Virus record (IMG/VR): IMGVR_UViG_3300035698_004085
Location: 111,003 to 175,002 of that record
Direction: 5' to 3' (one strand)
Length of the DNA: 64,000 nucleotides
From: a virus
Position 1 is the stretch's first letter; the number at the start of each line of letters is the position of its first letter. The translations under genes and the position numbers were made by a program. The notes below the pieces were generated by a model that did no database searches, had not been told where the DNA came from, and saw only the letters and a list, made by a program, of their open reading frames with translations. Positions 27,107 to 36,754 of this stretch are shown piece after piece.

Positions 27107-27155
27107 GTACAGTACTGCTGTAGCTGTTAGCTCACCAGAACGATGAGGAGGAAAA

Positions 27156-27713
27156 ATGACAATAAGGTTAAAGAGAAGTATTGATATGTCAACAATTATT
27201 AATACGCTTGATTTAGAACTGCTGGATCATCCTGAGTACAAGTATCTTTTTGTAGGAGACTGGCATGACTTATCAGAGGAGCTAAAGTCTATAGGTTGGA
27301 CTGAGGATGCGTTCTTAATAATGCTTAAACACGATGAGGAAGAGGTGTGCATAGGTTACGTTAAGTGGCGTTGTAACCGCACCCATGATGAGGTTAGCAA
27401 TGTCTCAATGCTTTTATCTCCTGAGTATTTAAATTCTGGTATAGGTGCTTATGTTATGGCTCGGTTGTTGTTTTACCTTTTGGAGGATCGTGGTTATCGA
27501 AAGATACGTTTTCTATGTTTTTCTAATAACGCTAGAGGGCTTCGATTGTACAGAAAGTTTTTAGAGTTTGGTGGTAGGGAGGTTGGGTTATATAAGGAGG
27601 ATTTCAAGCTTAGGGACGGTAAGTATTATGACAATATTGCATTTGAGCTTTTAAAAAAGGATTTTCAGTCTACTTCTAAGCTTACCAGATTGGCAAGCAG
27701 GGTAGTTATTTAG
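27156..27713 (+). CDS. GNAT acetyltransferase (RimJ/RimL-like)
   Basis: PEYLNSGIG, NARGLRLYRK..GGREVG..DGKYYD. Confidence 0.85.
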   Translation: MTIRLKRSIDMSTIINTLDLELLDHPEYKYLFVGDWHDLSEELKSIGWTEDAFLIMLKHDEEEVCIGYVKWRCNRTHDEVSNVSMLLSPEYLNSGIGAYVMARLLFYLLEDRGYRKIRFLCFSNNARGLRLYRKFLEFGGREVGLYKEDFKLRDGKYYDNIAFELLKKDFQSTSKLTRLASRVVI

Positions 27714-27818
27714 AAAGGTTTGAAAAACGGAGAGCTAACTTTATTCCTAAAATTAGCTTGACAACTGTTTTGTAGTGTGTTAAATAGGGAGAAGGAAAAT
27801 TGAGAAAGGATTTTTAGG

Positions 27819-28373
27819 ATGAAGAGAGCTAATGACAAAATGCCTAAAGCGCCCCCTGCACCGACAGAAGATATTAATTTTTTGCAAGCTGATTTAAGTA
27901 AGTGTGCAAAGCACGGCGACTACTATATGGCTAGTTGGTCTTCAAAGTCTTTTGAAGATGGGTCAATTCGCATTGAAGGCTCTTTGTGCGTTTGTTGCAT
28001 GTTGGAAAATGCTGAGAAGTTGAGATTGGCTGAAGAAGAGATCCTTGAGTTGAGGAAAGAGAACTCTAGCTTTCCTACAGAGGCTGCTTATCAAGGTCTT
28101 ATGGTCAGAGCTTTGAACGCTGAGGAAGCTAGAGATAAGTATAAAGCTGAGAGAGACTCACTGGCGTATGAATGGTTTGACCCTGATGAGGTAGCTTCTA
28201 TTTGTGGAGTGAGAGACGCTTATAAAGCTGAGAAAGAGATTGCAGAAGCAAAGCTTGCACAGTTGGAAAATGCGGTTATGGACCATGAGGTAGCTAAGTG
28301 GGGAGCAAGTCCTGTAGAGAGTGACGTTGACAGAGATCTTTATGATCTTGTAGGTCCAAGAGAGGAAGGTTAA
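27819..28373 (+). CDS. coiled-coil hypothetical protein
   Basis: ORF with RBS and promoter. Confidence 0.65.
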   Translation: MKRANDKMPKAPPAPTEDINFLQADLSKCAKHGDYYMASWSSKSFEDGSIRIEGSLCVCCMLENAEKLRLAEEEILELRKENSSFPTEAAYQGLMVRALNAEEARDKYKAERDSLAYEWFDPDEVASICGVRDAYKAEKEIAEAKLAQLENAVMDHEVAKWGASPVESDVDRDLYDLVGPREEG

Positions 28374-28374
28374 A

Positions 28375-28740
28375 ATGAAAACAGTTACGTTAAATTCAAA
28401 GAAGTCTCCAGAATACTCTGTTGCTTTTCCTGACCATTTTCTTCAGCTATGGTTATCGAGTGGAGATAATGTGCTAAATGCTTATGGTGAGTTTGCTGGT
28501 GACACCGTAGCTTGGCTAACTTATGACGAGGCTAAAGAGCTTAGAGAAGCTTTGGACAGTCAGATTAAACAAGAGGATCTAATTAGGTCTATTAAGGAAG
28601 ACGATGCAGGAGTTAAATGGATAGAAGAGTGTATTGCTCTAATGCCAGACAATAATCCTAAAGAACCTTATAGGCTGACTAAAGAAAATCTTGATAAAAT
28701 GCGAAAAAGGATTGAAGGTTATGCAAACTTTGTTGTTTAA
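28375..28740 (+). CDS. hypothetical protein
   Basis: ORF in operon. Confidence 0.65.
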   Translation: MKTVTLNSKKSPEYSVAFPDHFLQLWLSSGDNVLNAYGEFAGDTVAWLTYDEAKELREALDSQIKQEDLIRSIKEDDAGVKWIEECIALMPDNNPKEPYRLTKENLDKMRKRIEGYANFVV

Positions 28741-28969
28741 GATTATTGGTGTTTTGTTTTTTGTTATAGGTATTTTAGGAATTGGTCATGGCGTTTGGCT
28801 AGAGTTAGAAATGCTTGATTGGTGGTGCTTTACACCAGTTACAACGGGGTTTCAAGGACTTGATTGGGCTTTAACCCCTATTATTGTTTTCGTTTTTCCT
28901 TCTGCAGTAGTTGTTATCCCTTTTGTTATTGGAGCGCTTTGCATGAATCTGTCTAAGGAGGATTTATAG
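28721..28969 (+). CDS. membrane protein
   Basis: Two TM segments. Confidence 0.6.
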   Translation: MQTLLFKIIGVLFFVIGILGIGHGVWLELEMLDWWCFTPVTTGFQGLDWALTPIIVFVFPSAVVVIPFVIGALCMNLSKEDL

Positions 28970-28971
28970 AA

Positions 28972-29316
28972 ATGACTGATACAAAATACCCTTCCTGGGT
29001 TGACGCGAAGATAAGTTTTAATACTTCTCAGGCGACGGCTAAGTGTCGTTTGTGTAATGTTAATATTGATAGGGGGGAGATGAGGTTTGTGTTAAAGGAG
29101 GTTCATGTGTCTCCTAAGATTAAGGATCTTCATTTTCATTCTGAGTGCATGGAGAGGATTTCTAAGTTTGTGCTTGCTTCTGTTGCGACTGAGACAGACC
29201 TTCAAGGTTTTCGCAAGCACTTAGAGTATGCGAAAGGTATAGTAGAAGGTTTTCCAGTGTGGAAACAGAATCTTTTAGGAACAAGAGTAAACAAGGAAAG
29301 AGAAAACAATGACTGA
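28972..29316 (+). CDS. PARP-type zinc-finger-like protein
   Basis: AKCRLCNVNIDRGEMRF...HFHSEC (C-x2-C...H-x2-C). Confidence 0.6.
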   Translation: MTDTKYPSWVDAKISFNTSQATAKCRLCNVNIDRGEMRFVLKEVHVSPKIKDLHFHSECMERISKFVLASVATETDLQGFRKHLEYAKGIVEGFPVWKQNLLGTRVNKERENND

Positions 29317-29518
29317 TACACAGATACAGAGAAAGCTAAACCAACTTAGGAAGATTGCTAATGAGCTTGTAGCCGAAGCTGAAGAGCGTTGGGGAGAGTT
29401 TGCAAGCTTGTCTTACGCTAGCGGTTACTTTAACTTGCAAGAGCACTGTGACGATTCTCAAGAGCATACAAAGTTTAGCTCAACGGAGGGTTGCCGTATG
29501 GATAGTGGAGATTGGTAA
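29309..29518 (+). CDS. hypothetical protein
   Basis: ORF in operon. Confidence 0.6.
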   Translation: MTDTQIQRKLNQLRKIANELVAEAEERWGEFASLSYASGYFNLQEHCDDSQEHTKFSSTEGCRMDSGDW

Positions 29519-29519
29519 A

Positions 29520-29699
29520 ATGAATAAAGAATTAATAGAGAAGTTTGAAAAGGCTTATAATAATTACTCAAAGTCTCATTCTAAATGGAGACAAGGCAGC
29601 TATCTTTACTCTGATGAGCTACTAGAGATTTATGAAGACTTTGTTACTGAGCTACAACCTCTTCTTCCTAAAATTATAAAAGCTCTAAAAACTTCTTGA
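29520..29699 (+). CDS. hypothetical protein
   Basis: RBS + ATG29520. Confidence 0.55.
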   Translation: MNKELIEKFEKAYNNYSKSHSKWRQGSYLYSDELLEIYEDFVTELQPLLPKIIKALKTS

Positions 29700-29759
29700 C
29701 ATTTGCGTAAACTTAGGATACGCTGTTATTCAAGAACTTTTTAGAAAGGAAATTGAAAA

Positions 29760-29969
29760 ATGAAATTTGTAATAGCCGTGCCGGTAACCGTTGAAGTACT
29801 TTGCGAGGTAGAAGCAGAAGACGAAGATACTGCGTATGAGATGGTTGATGACTTGGACTTTGATTTGAGAGAGACTGTCAATGGCGTTGAGGTTAAGGAC
29901 CGAAGAATGGAATTAGAGTATTGCGAACAACCAGACTACGATAATATGACAATTACGGAGATAAAGTAA
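29760..29969 (+). CDS. acidic hypothetical protein
   Basis: VEAEDEDTA motif; upstream TTGACA promoter. Confidence 0.65.
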   Translation: MKFVIAVPVTVEVLCEVEAEDEDTAYEMVDDLDFDLRETVNGVEVKDRRMELEYCEQPDYDNMTITEIK

Positions 29970-30220
29970 TGGATAGCGACATGACCATAGACGAGTTTGT
30001 AAGCGTCTTAGATGACCATATGGTTGAGATTGGAGACTATGTAACTGTTGATCTTCGGCATCCACCAAGAACTACAAGAATGATCTTCAGAGGAATTCGT
30101 GAAGGAAGTCATGGAGACTTTCAAGTTCTTGTTGGAGATATTGAAGATCTTAGAACTATTGATGTTCATCCTTCCTGCATTGTAGACTGGAAATCTTTTT
30201 ACGAAGAGTTGATGGGATAA
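29969..30220 (+). CDS. hypothetical protein
   Basis: ORF in operon. Confidence 0.6.
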   Translation: MDSDMTIDEFVSVLDDHMVEIGDYVTVDLRHPPRTTRMIFRGIREGSHGDFQVLVGDIEDLRTIDVHPSCIVDWKSFYEELMG

Positions 30221-30221
30221 T

Positions 30222-30512
30222 ATGACTAATAACCTAATGACACCAGATCATCCAAGGTGGGACGAGTTTCTAGAGAGGCTTAGTGGTCCAGACGGATGTG
30301 ACTTAAAAGAAATAGATGGAAACCGATATAGCAAGTGTTCCGCTCTAAGAGAGCGTCCGTTTGCTAGTGCTGTTTTAAAAGATATGGGAATGTCGGTGCA
30401 AGCGTCTTTAACCTTTTTTAACAGCTATGGAGGTTATTGCGACTGTGAGATCTTCTCTAACGTTAGTAGCTCATATGAAAGCGACAAGAGAAAGGCATCA
30501 CTCAATGACTGA
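30222..30512 (+). CDS. DUF2695-like protein
   Basis: GGYCDCEI motif. Confidence 0.75.
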   Translation: MTNNLMTPDHPRWDEFLERLSGPDGCDLKEIDGNRYSKCSALRERPFASAVLKDMGMSVQASLTFFNSYGGYCDCEIFSNVSSSYESDKRKASLND

Positions 30513-30687
30513 GATACCAGAAGAGCAACCTGTTACGTCAACTACTACTATTTCTCAACAGAGTAATTGGCAAGTGCATTTTGGCGATATTATTTATACT
30601 CCATTAAAAGGAAATGAGCCTAATTGGTTTTATAGATTTATGCAAAGATTGTTGCTTGGTTTCAGGTGGGTTAAGAAAGAGAAATGA
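30505..30687 (+). CDS. hypothetical protein
   Basis: PNWFYRFMQRLLLGFRW. Confidence 0.6.
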   Translation: MTEIPEEQPVTSTTTISQQSNWQVHFGDIIYTPLKGNEPNWFYRFMQRLLLGFRWVKKEK

Positions 30688-30688
30688 G

Positions 30689-30913
30689 ATGACAAAGAAT
30701 TTAATAGATTTTATGCATGGCTTTTTGCTAAGAGCCTTCCCAAGATCTCACACATTAGAGTTTGTGAATGGAGGGGAAGATCTTTCAATCTTTATTCGTG
30801 TTCCAAATTCTCCAGTGATGAATGTTCGTTCGGTTCTTTATAAAGAGATTGAAACAATGGACTTTGCTGTTACAGAGGGTCATAACTTGGCTATCGAAAT
30901 GATTGGAGAATGA
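30689..30913 (+). CDS. hypothetical protein
   Basis: ORF in operon. Confidence 0.55.
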   Translation: MTKNLIDFMHGFLLRAFPRSHTLEFVNGGEDLSIFIRVPNSPVMNVRSVLYKEIETMDFAVTEGHNLAIEMIGE

Positions 30914-31302
30914 AAATGAGTAGTTTAGAAAATGACATAAAGGCTCTTGAAGAAAAGCTGTTGCGGAAGTATTCCGAGCATATCTCCCACTTTCATGGAG
31001 AGTCTAACGGAATCCTTTCAAAGATCATATACGATCTTGATCTTTCTATTAAGGAGAACAAAGCTTTTAAAGGAGTTAACGGTGAGTTAGGAGAATCTAT
31101 TCTCAAGTTGAAGAAGAGTAATAAGGAGCATAGAGAAACTATTAAATTCCTGTTAAAGATTATTGACAAGTTGGCTCGTTTCCATTATGATGTTCCGTTG
31201 GGTTTGGACCCTACGTTTTACGTGACTGGAAGCGCTGATGGAGATCAAAGAGTACAGACAGAGTTAACACGCCTTCAGCATAATATGAGTGTTGGAGAAT
31301 AA
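30910..31302 (+). CDS. coiled-coil hypothetical protein
   Basis: ORF in operon. Confidence 0.6.
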   Translation: MKMSSLENDIKALEEKLLRKYSEHISHFHGESNGILSKIIYDLDLSIKENKAFKGVNGELGESILKLKKSNKEHRETIKFLLKIIDKLARFHYDVPLGLDPTFYVTGSADGDQRVQTELTRLQHNMSVGE

Positions 31303-31306
31303 GACA

Positions 31307-31594
31307 ATGAGTGATGGACAAAAGTTTAATAAACTAACCAATCTCTTGATAGAAGCGTTAAAGAATATTTCTCATAACGCTGAGGTAGCTTCTCATCCGT
31401 TGCGTCCACCTATTGGAGTAATGCCACGTTGGAGATGGCTAGAGTTGAGGGCAGAAGGTTTGGCGGCAGCTCTTACCCGTTATAAGGAAGCTGGTAACCC
31501 TAATCCAGAGTTGACGTATAAGTGGACAGTAGAGATGCTTCAACTTGAAAGAGAACTATCTAAAATGCCTGAGCATGAAAGTTGTGACAAATGA
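31307..31594 (+). CDS. hypothetical protein
   Basis: RPPIGVMPRWRW motif. Confidence 0.6.
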   Translation: MSDGQKFNKLTNLLIEALKNISHNAEVASHPLRPPIGVMPRWRWLELRAEGLAAALTRYKEAGNPNPELTYKWTVEMLQLERELSKMPEHESCDK

Positions 31595-32052
31595 AAATTC
31601 TAAGTTCAGAAATTGATTGGATGGAAAAGTTTCTTAACAAACCTAAGCTTATTCTTACGATTGATGAGATTCCTTCTGGCGATGACATTAAATACGAGCG
31701 ACGAGACTCTTTGTACTACGGAGTTACAGAAGATGGGTACGTAAGCTACTTCTATTATCCTGGACCCGGTACTGGTTATGGAGGTGCTACGTTTACCTTG
31801 AACATGAAAGACGGATCTATTGCAGAACTGATTGGTCCTTGGTCTTCTAATCCTGGTTGCTTTCATTCTGCAGGATTTTCTAATTGTGTTGAGGTTGTTC
31901 TTAAGGAAGATGGTAAAAGGAGTCTCTATAGTGGGAGCGTTCTGCTAACGGTTGCTGAGTCTGAGGTGACGAAGCATGGAGCAAAGATGCAGAAGGAGAC
32001 TTGGGAAGACGGCGACGATTATTACGTAATTGTGAAAGACGAGGAGAAATAG
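31591..32052 (+). CDS. hypothetical phage protein
   Basis: GYGGATFTL..GPWSS motif. Confidence 0.7.
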   Translation: MKILSSEIDWMEKFLNKPKLILTIDEIPSGDDIKYERRDSLYYGVTEDGYVSYFYYPGPGTGYGGATFTLNMKDGSIAELIGPWSSNPGCFHSAGFSNCVEVVLKEDGKRSLYSGSVLLTVAESEVTKHGAKMQKETWEDGDDYYVIVKDEEK

Positions 32053-32054
32053 TT

Positions 32055-32273
32055 ATGAAGGGTATTATTGGTTTTATTGTAGTTTTGATTATATGGGTGT
32101 CGATTTCCGTATTTCTAACTTCAGCCGCTTATCTCAAGAGCATAAAAGAAGATTTTCAGAACGTTCGCCAGTATCGCTGCAATAACTGTGTTGGCGAAGT
32201 TCTTATTGAACATGTAGACGAGTCTATGTATTGGTATCCTACTCTTTACAATTGCTGTGAAAGAGAGAAGTAA
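32055..32273 (+). CDS. membrane-anchored small protein
   Basis: N-terminal TM. Confidence 0.55.
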   Translation: MKGIIGFIVVLIIWVSISVFLTSAAYLKSIKEDFQNVRQYRCNNCVGEVLIEHVDESMYWYPTLYNCCEREK

Positions 32274-32275
32274 AA

Positions 32276-32497
32276 ATGAAGTTAGAAGAGATAACTACTA
32301 GCATGAACCTAGACGTAGAGAGCCTAGAGATTCGTTTAATGTTTGCTGATAAGATGGCATGGTGGGTTGACAAGCTGGTTGTGATGCAGCTTATAGACGC
32401 TCGTAGCGGTATTGCGGATGCCAGGAGTAACTATGGTGAGCCTTTCAAGTATATTTATGATCCTAGTTTAAAGCCATATAAAGATGAGGAGTTTTAA
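32276..32497 (+). CDS. hypothetical protein
   Basis: ORF in operon. Confidence 0.6.
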   Translation: MKLEEITTSMNLDVESLEIRLMFADKMAWWVDKLVVMQLIDARSGIADARSNYGEPFKYIYDPSLKPYKDEEF

Positions 32498-32499
32498 AA

Positions 32500-32877
32500 A
32501 TGGAATTATCAAAGCATCAAAAGTATCAGAAACCAAGTACCTACATTAAAGCAGCACAAGAAGAGCTAGAGCAGATAGAACCTTCAGAGTACATTCTTTG
32601 TGCTGCTATTCACTATCAGGTCGAGAAAAAGTACGTACATCAGCCTAAGAACGTCGAGAAGGGCATTGTAATCTGTGGTAGACGACACCACAACTGCATA
32701 GCAACTAAGAGTGAAACCTCGCTTGAGAGGAGCAATAACGGCGTTCAGGGCTTTATGACAAACTTGGATAGGTTTGTAGATCGTGAAAAAGCTTGGCTAA
32801 TTGCTATGGGAGCAAATCAAGTTGTTAATAGGGAGGGACTTCCTTCTGAAACACTGTATAGTGAGCATCTGTACTAA
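32500..32877 (+). CDS. hypothetical phage protein
   Basis: ILCAAI..GRRHHNC..QGF..RFVDRE..LYSEHL. Confidence 0.75.
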   Translation: MELSKHQKYQKPSTYIKAAQEELEQIEPSEYILCAAIHYQVEKKYVHQPKNVEKGIVICGRRHHNCIATKSETSLERSNNGVQGFMTNLDRFVDREKAWLIAMGANQVVNREGLPSETLYSEHLY

Positions 32878-33032
32878 GGAGATTTTAAAATGAAGTCTTT
32901 AAAAGGAACTTCTATAATTTTTGTTTTGTTGATTGGCGTTTTGGCTACTACTTATTGTTTGTTAAGAAAGCCAGTTGTAGATACTTCTGTTGAAGAAGTT
33001 GAAACGCTTTGCGAAGATGCTGGAGTAACGCC

Positions 33033-33254
33033 ATGTTCAAAATCTTAATAAGATGGTTCCAAGCTTATGTACTAGGCTATAAAACTTGTCCAAAATGTAA
33101 TGTTTGGACAAGTTGGAAGACTCAGCAAGAGGTTGTCTTATTTAATGACAAAGATTCTATCTACAACAATTACACATGTAGATCTTGCGGATACAAAGCT
33201 ACATTGATGTCTAACATTTTATATCGAGAGTTGAAGAATAAGGGAGTTATCTAA
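33033..33254 (+). CDS. Zn-ribbon protein
   Basis: CPKC...CRSCG. Confidence 0.6.
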   Translation: MFKILIRWFQAYVLGYKTCPKCNVWTSWKTQQEVVLFNDKDSIYNNYTCRSCGYKATLMSNILYRELKNKGVI

Positions 33255-33256
33255 AA

Positions 33257-33673
33257 ATGGTTAAGACTGGAGACTATTGTAGCGTAGGTTTAGTACTGCC
33301 TAATTCAAAATCTAATTTTCCAGATCTTGGAGATGACTGTATGGTAATGGACGCAGATGACTTAAAGAAGCTTAGTCCATATCATAAAGACGTTCCAAGA
33401 CTTAGAGGCTATTATCAAGCGTGTTTTATGTTATCGTTTGACCGTTATCAAAATATTATAGTAGAAGACTCTGCTGTACATGAGTTAAACGCAGAAGCTT
33501 TAAACGTAGCTCATCATCTTTATTATTTAGGAATTATGAATCAAGAAAATTATGAGAAGGCTCATAAGAAAAAGTTGGTAAAGCTTTTCTATCAAAAAGA
33601 TTATCTTGGAAGAACATTGGGAGTTGACATATTACTAGCCGAATGGCTTAAAGTTTGGATAGGAGTTATCTAA
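33257..33673 (+). CDS. hypothetical protein, paralog of 33675
   Basis: Shared MVKxG, DADDL, AEWLKxWIG. Confidence 0.7.
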   Translation: MVKTGDYCSVGLVLPNSKSNFPDLGDDCMVMDADDLKKLSPYHKDVPRLRGYYQACFMLSFDRYQNIIVEDSAVHELNAEALNVAHHLYYLGIMNQENYEKAHKKKLVKLFYQKDYLGRTLGVDILLAEWLKVWIGVI

Positions 33674-33674
33674 A

Positions 33675-34118
33675 ATGGTTAAACCTGGAGAATACTATAT
33701 TGATCTGGAAGACTACGAGAGCGCTAGTATTACTATTGATCTTACTTCTCCTTACCCTAAGGCTCCTTATGGCTTACCTTGTAAAGATGCTGACGATCTT
33801 CCACTTGGGTCTGAAGGAGTTAAGAATGCGTCAGAGCTGAGAGAATACTATAGAAGCATCATAGAGAGCGCGTCAGAGGGCATTGTAGGCTGTTTAGCGC
33901 CTAATTACAAACAAACCCTCCAAGAAGCTGACCTAACCATTAGAGAGGCTTGTAAGCACATCTACGACCAAGGGCTAATGAATAAAAAGAATTATAAGCT
34001 GGTTATCGAGGAGAGACTGGTCTTTATTGATTTGCTGCGTAAGTATGATGAGACTGAGCCGACAGGTATTTGTCTAGAGATTGCTGAGTGGCTTAAAAAG
34101 TGGATTGGGAATTGTTAA
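33675..34118 (+). CDS. hypothetical protein, paralog of 33257
   Basis: Shared MVKxG, DADDL, AEWLKxWIG. Confidence 0.7.
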   Translation: MVKPGEYYIDLEDYESASITIDLTSPYPKAPYGLPCKDADDLPLGSEGVKNASELREYYRSIIESASEGIVGCLAPNYKQTLQEADLTIREACKHIYDQGLMNKKNYKLVIEERLVFIDLLRKYDETEPTGICLEIAEWLKKWIGNC

Positions 34119-34164
34119 TTATTCGCTTCGAATTGTCTTCTGATAAGGGCATTGCCTATGAACC

Positions 34165-34722
34165 TCACTCTCCACCTTTCAGCGCGGATCTCATCCGTTC
34201 TGTTTGCCATTCGACCTCAGCATTTCTAGCAGCAGCAGCAGCATCAGCAGCATCATTTCTAGCAGCATAAGCAGCAGCATTTCTAGCAGCATAAGCAGCA
34301 TCAGCAGCATAAGAAGCAGAAGCATTAGCAGCATAAGAAGCAGCAGCAGCTAACTCCTCCTTAGTAGCTTCGTCGTTTGCGAAACTACGCGACACCTCGA
34401 TTGACGCCCAACTTCGGGGGTCTGTGTCACGTCCAGCGTCCCGCTCTCGGGTAAGTGCTCGTTCGGCGCAATCACATGCAAACAGCCGAAGCAGTTTGTT
34501 GAGATCAGGTGTTGTTTCGACTGCGCTAGAGATCGCCCAAAACAGATCATCCAACCCATTGCTATCCAGGATTTGCAACAGCGTGATCGGCGTCTCACGT
34601 CCGTACGTTGTGATCCCACCCAGAGATTTAGCAAGATGCTTGTATCTCTGGACACACGCCTCGGCGTCATTTAGTTTCGCAAATGTCGTTGTAGGTAAAG
34701 TCATCACTTCTTTTCTGTTCAT
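34165..34722 (-). CDS. phage protein with Ala-rich repeat tail (Imm5-like family)
   Basis: RLFACDCAERAL..DPR..ATKEELAAA + AAYAARN repeats; GC-richer than flanks. Confidence 0.75.
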   Translation of the reverse strand: MNRKEVMTLPTTTFAKLNDAEACVQRYKHLAKSLGGITTYGRETPITLLQILDSNGLDDLFWAISSAVETTPDLNKLLRLFACDCAERALTRERDAGRDTDPRSWASIEVSRSFANDEATKEELAAAASYAANASASYAADAAYAARNAAAYAARNDAADAAAAARNAEVEWQTERMRSALKGGE

Positions 34723-34737
34723 TTTCTTTTCCTTTTC

Positions 34738-35154
34738 TTAGTCTACGAGACTATCCATTGGCACAATTATATCCCAACCTAACACTTCAGACATTATACC
34801 CCAAGAAGGTATCACATCAAAACTGAGGCGGGTCCAGTCCTCCCAAGTCAACCAGTCAACCTCAGTGCGCCCTACTACCAAATCATTAGCATACTCACAT
34901 TTAAAGTATAGTTCATCCTCGAAAATTTGTGTCCAGGTATCTCCCAGATTAACGCCGCGAGGAGGGTTAATGCCAAGATGTGCGCAGCTCTTCTTCAATA
35001 AGTCTCGCCTAAACCTAGTACAATTCTCGTGGTTAATGTTATAGTGACGCCTATCCTGCTGATAAAGGCTATGGATATTCAAGTCCTCACCATTGGCTAA
35101 TAACTTTCCGTCTTCCTTACGAAGCTCGAACTTGACTGGAAATTTAAAAAGCAT
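34738..35154 (-). CDS. hypothetical protein
   Basis: ORF with RBS. Confidence 0.6.
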   Translation of the reverse strand: MLFKFPVKFELRKEDGKLLANGEDLNIHSLYQQDRRHYNINHENCTRFRRDLLKKSCAHLGINPPRGVNLGDTWTQIFEDELYFKCEYANDLVVGRTEVDWLTWEDWTRLSFDVIPSWGIMSEVLGWDIIVPMDSLVD

Positions 35155-35165
35155 TGTGTCTTCCT

Positions 35166-35432
35166 TTAGTTATTAGCCAGTGGGTTCTCGTCCCAGTCAT
35201 TATCATTCTCAAGGCACAGATCATGTCCAGCTTCAGTCAGTCTTACCACTCTAGTACCGCCAGCGAGTCTAACAGTCTCAAGCGCAACAAGTCCTTTCTC
35301 AACCAGACCCTTAACCAGCCTTGGTCGCAGGCACCACTTGCTAGAAGAGGATTCGACCAGAAGGTTGTTGCTACCAAACCAAAGGCGTTGAACTGCGTTT
35401 TGCTCTTTTTCGTTGAGTTCGTCGAATGTCAT
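35166..35432 (-). CDS. winged-helix-like protein
   Basis: GLVEKGLV...VRLTEAG; divergent promoter at ~35480-35505. Confidence 0.6.
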   Translation of the reverse strand: MTFDELNEKEQNAVQRLWFGSNNLLVESSSSKWCLRPRLVKGLVEKGLVALETVRLAGGTRVVRLTEAGHDLCLENDNDWDENPLANN

Positions 35433-35607
35433 TTTCTTTTCCTTTGTTGTGGCTGTTTCCCTCAGCGTCTAAAGGTACTTTAGCATTTCTTTTTTTGCAT
35501 GTCAAGGTTTTCTTCAACTTTTTATAAATAAAAATTTTCGGTTTTTCTGTTGACAATGCTTGTAGGAAATGCTAAGCTCTCTCCTAAGAAACTTTAGAAA
35601 GGAATTT

Positions 35608-36093
35608 ATGAGACAGCATAAGCATAGTAAAAACGTTTGTTGTAGTTATTGCGGTGACTTAATTATCGTTCATCAAGGACGTAGAAGAATTCTAAATACA
35701 ATTTGTGATAATTGTTTAGACCAAATGCCTAGCTCTAACAAAGGACCAGCAGTAGCCATTACAGCATCACCTCAACTAGAAACTTCTGAAGCCGATTGCG
35801 TGGATAGTCTATTGTCTATAATTGATAAAGACTTTAAGGAAGACTTTGAGTATACAGCTCCAGACAAAGCTTTTGAGATCAAGGAGACAAGAATAAGGAT
35901 AAGTACTGTTTTAAAAACTCTTTCAAAAAAAGAACAATTAGTTATTGACTTACACTTTGAAATGGGCTATACTCTCGAAGAAGTTGGACAGGCTCTAAGC
36001 ATAAGTATTAGATCTGTAAAGAAAACTGAGATAAGCTATTTGAAGAAACTAAGAAATTTTGCTACATCAGAATATCTTAGAACTTTGTACTAA
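35608..36093 (+). CDS. Zn-ribbon + sigma70 region-4-like protein
   Basis: CSYCG..CDNC; LKTLSKKEQLVIDLHF..YTLEEVG..IS..VKK.E..LKKLR. Confidence 0.8.
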   Translation: MRQHKHSKNVCCSYCGDLIIVHQGRRRILNTICDNCLDQMPSSNKGPAVAITASPQLETSEADCVDSLLSIIDKDFKEDFEYTAPDKAFEIKETRIRISTVLKTLSKKEQLVIDLHFEMGYTLEEVGQALSISIRSVKKTEISYLKKLRNFATSEYLRTLY

Positions 36094-36112
36094 GTCAACA
36101 AGGAGAAAAGAA

Positions 36113-36754
36113 ATGCCAACCGGATACACGTATGCATTGTTAGAAGCACCAGATATGCCCTTTAAAGACTTTGCCTGGACTTGCGCCAGAGCTTTTGGAG
36201 CTTTCATTGAGCAAAAGGATGATGCGATGAAGTCTCCACCTAACCTTGAAGAGACAGCTTCTTCGTATCATTCTGAGAGCGCCAAAAGATCTCGTAAAGA
36301 GCTTGATAGGCTTAAAAAGCTGAATGTTCAAAAAAGGCTTTGTTGGGCTGAAAACCAACTTCGTGAAGCGTTAGACTTAGGGTATGAAAGTCTGGTTAAT
36401 GATCTTCTACAAAACAGAACGATTAACTGCATGCTAAAAAAGGTAGATGCTTGGGTGCCGCCAACGGATGACCACATTAACCTGAAAGCATTTATGCAGG
36501 AACAACTTAAAATGAGCATAAGCGCTACTGACACTATCGAATGGAGGTTGACTAAGATAGAAAAGCTTAGGAATACTACACCTAAACAAAGAATAGAACA
36601 AGAGTTTAAAAGACTGGAAACCGATATTGAGTACTCGGAAACTAACTATGTTAAAGAAGTAGGCTCAACTGATAATAGTAATGACTGGAAAAAGAAACTT
36701 ATTGATAGTATAGGGCTACCAACCGTTAAGAAAGAGGAGAAAGAAGAATGTTAG
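36113..36754 (+). CDS. hypothetical phage protein (MPTGYT type)
   Basis: MPTGYT..FAWTCARAFGA..WVPPTDDH. Confidence 0.75.
   Translation: MPTGYTYALLEAPDMPFKDFAWTCARAFGAFIEQKDDAMKSPPNLEETASSYHSESAKRSRKELDRLKKLNVQKRLCWAENQLREALDLGYESLVNDLLQNRTINCMLKKVDAWVPPTDDHINLKAFMQEQLKMSISATDTIEWRLTKIEKLRNTTPKQRIEQEFKRLETDIEYSETNYVKEVGSTDNSNDWKKKLIDSIGLPTVKKEEKEEC

Noticed and set aside
27099-27158. TGA readthrough into the GNAT gene
   Set aside because: Only a 15-codon upstream ORF; the TGA adjoins the GNAT SD sequence and there is no Cys context or hairpin.
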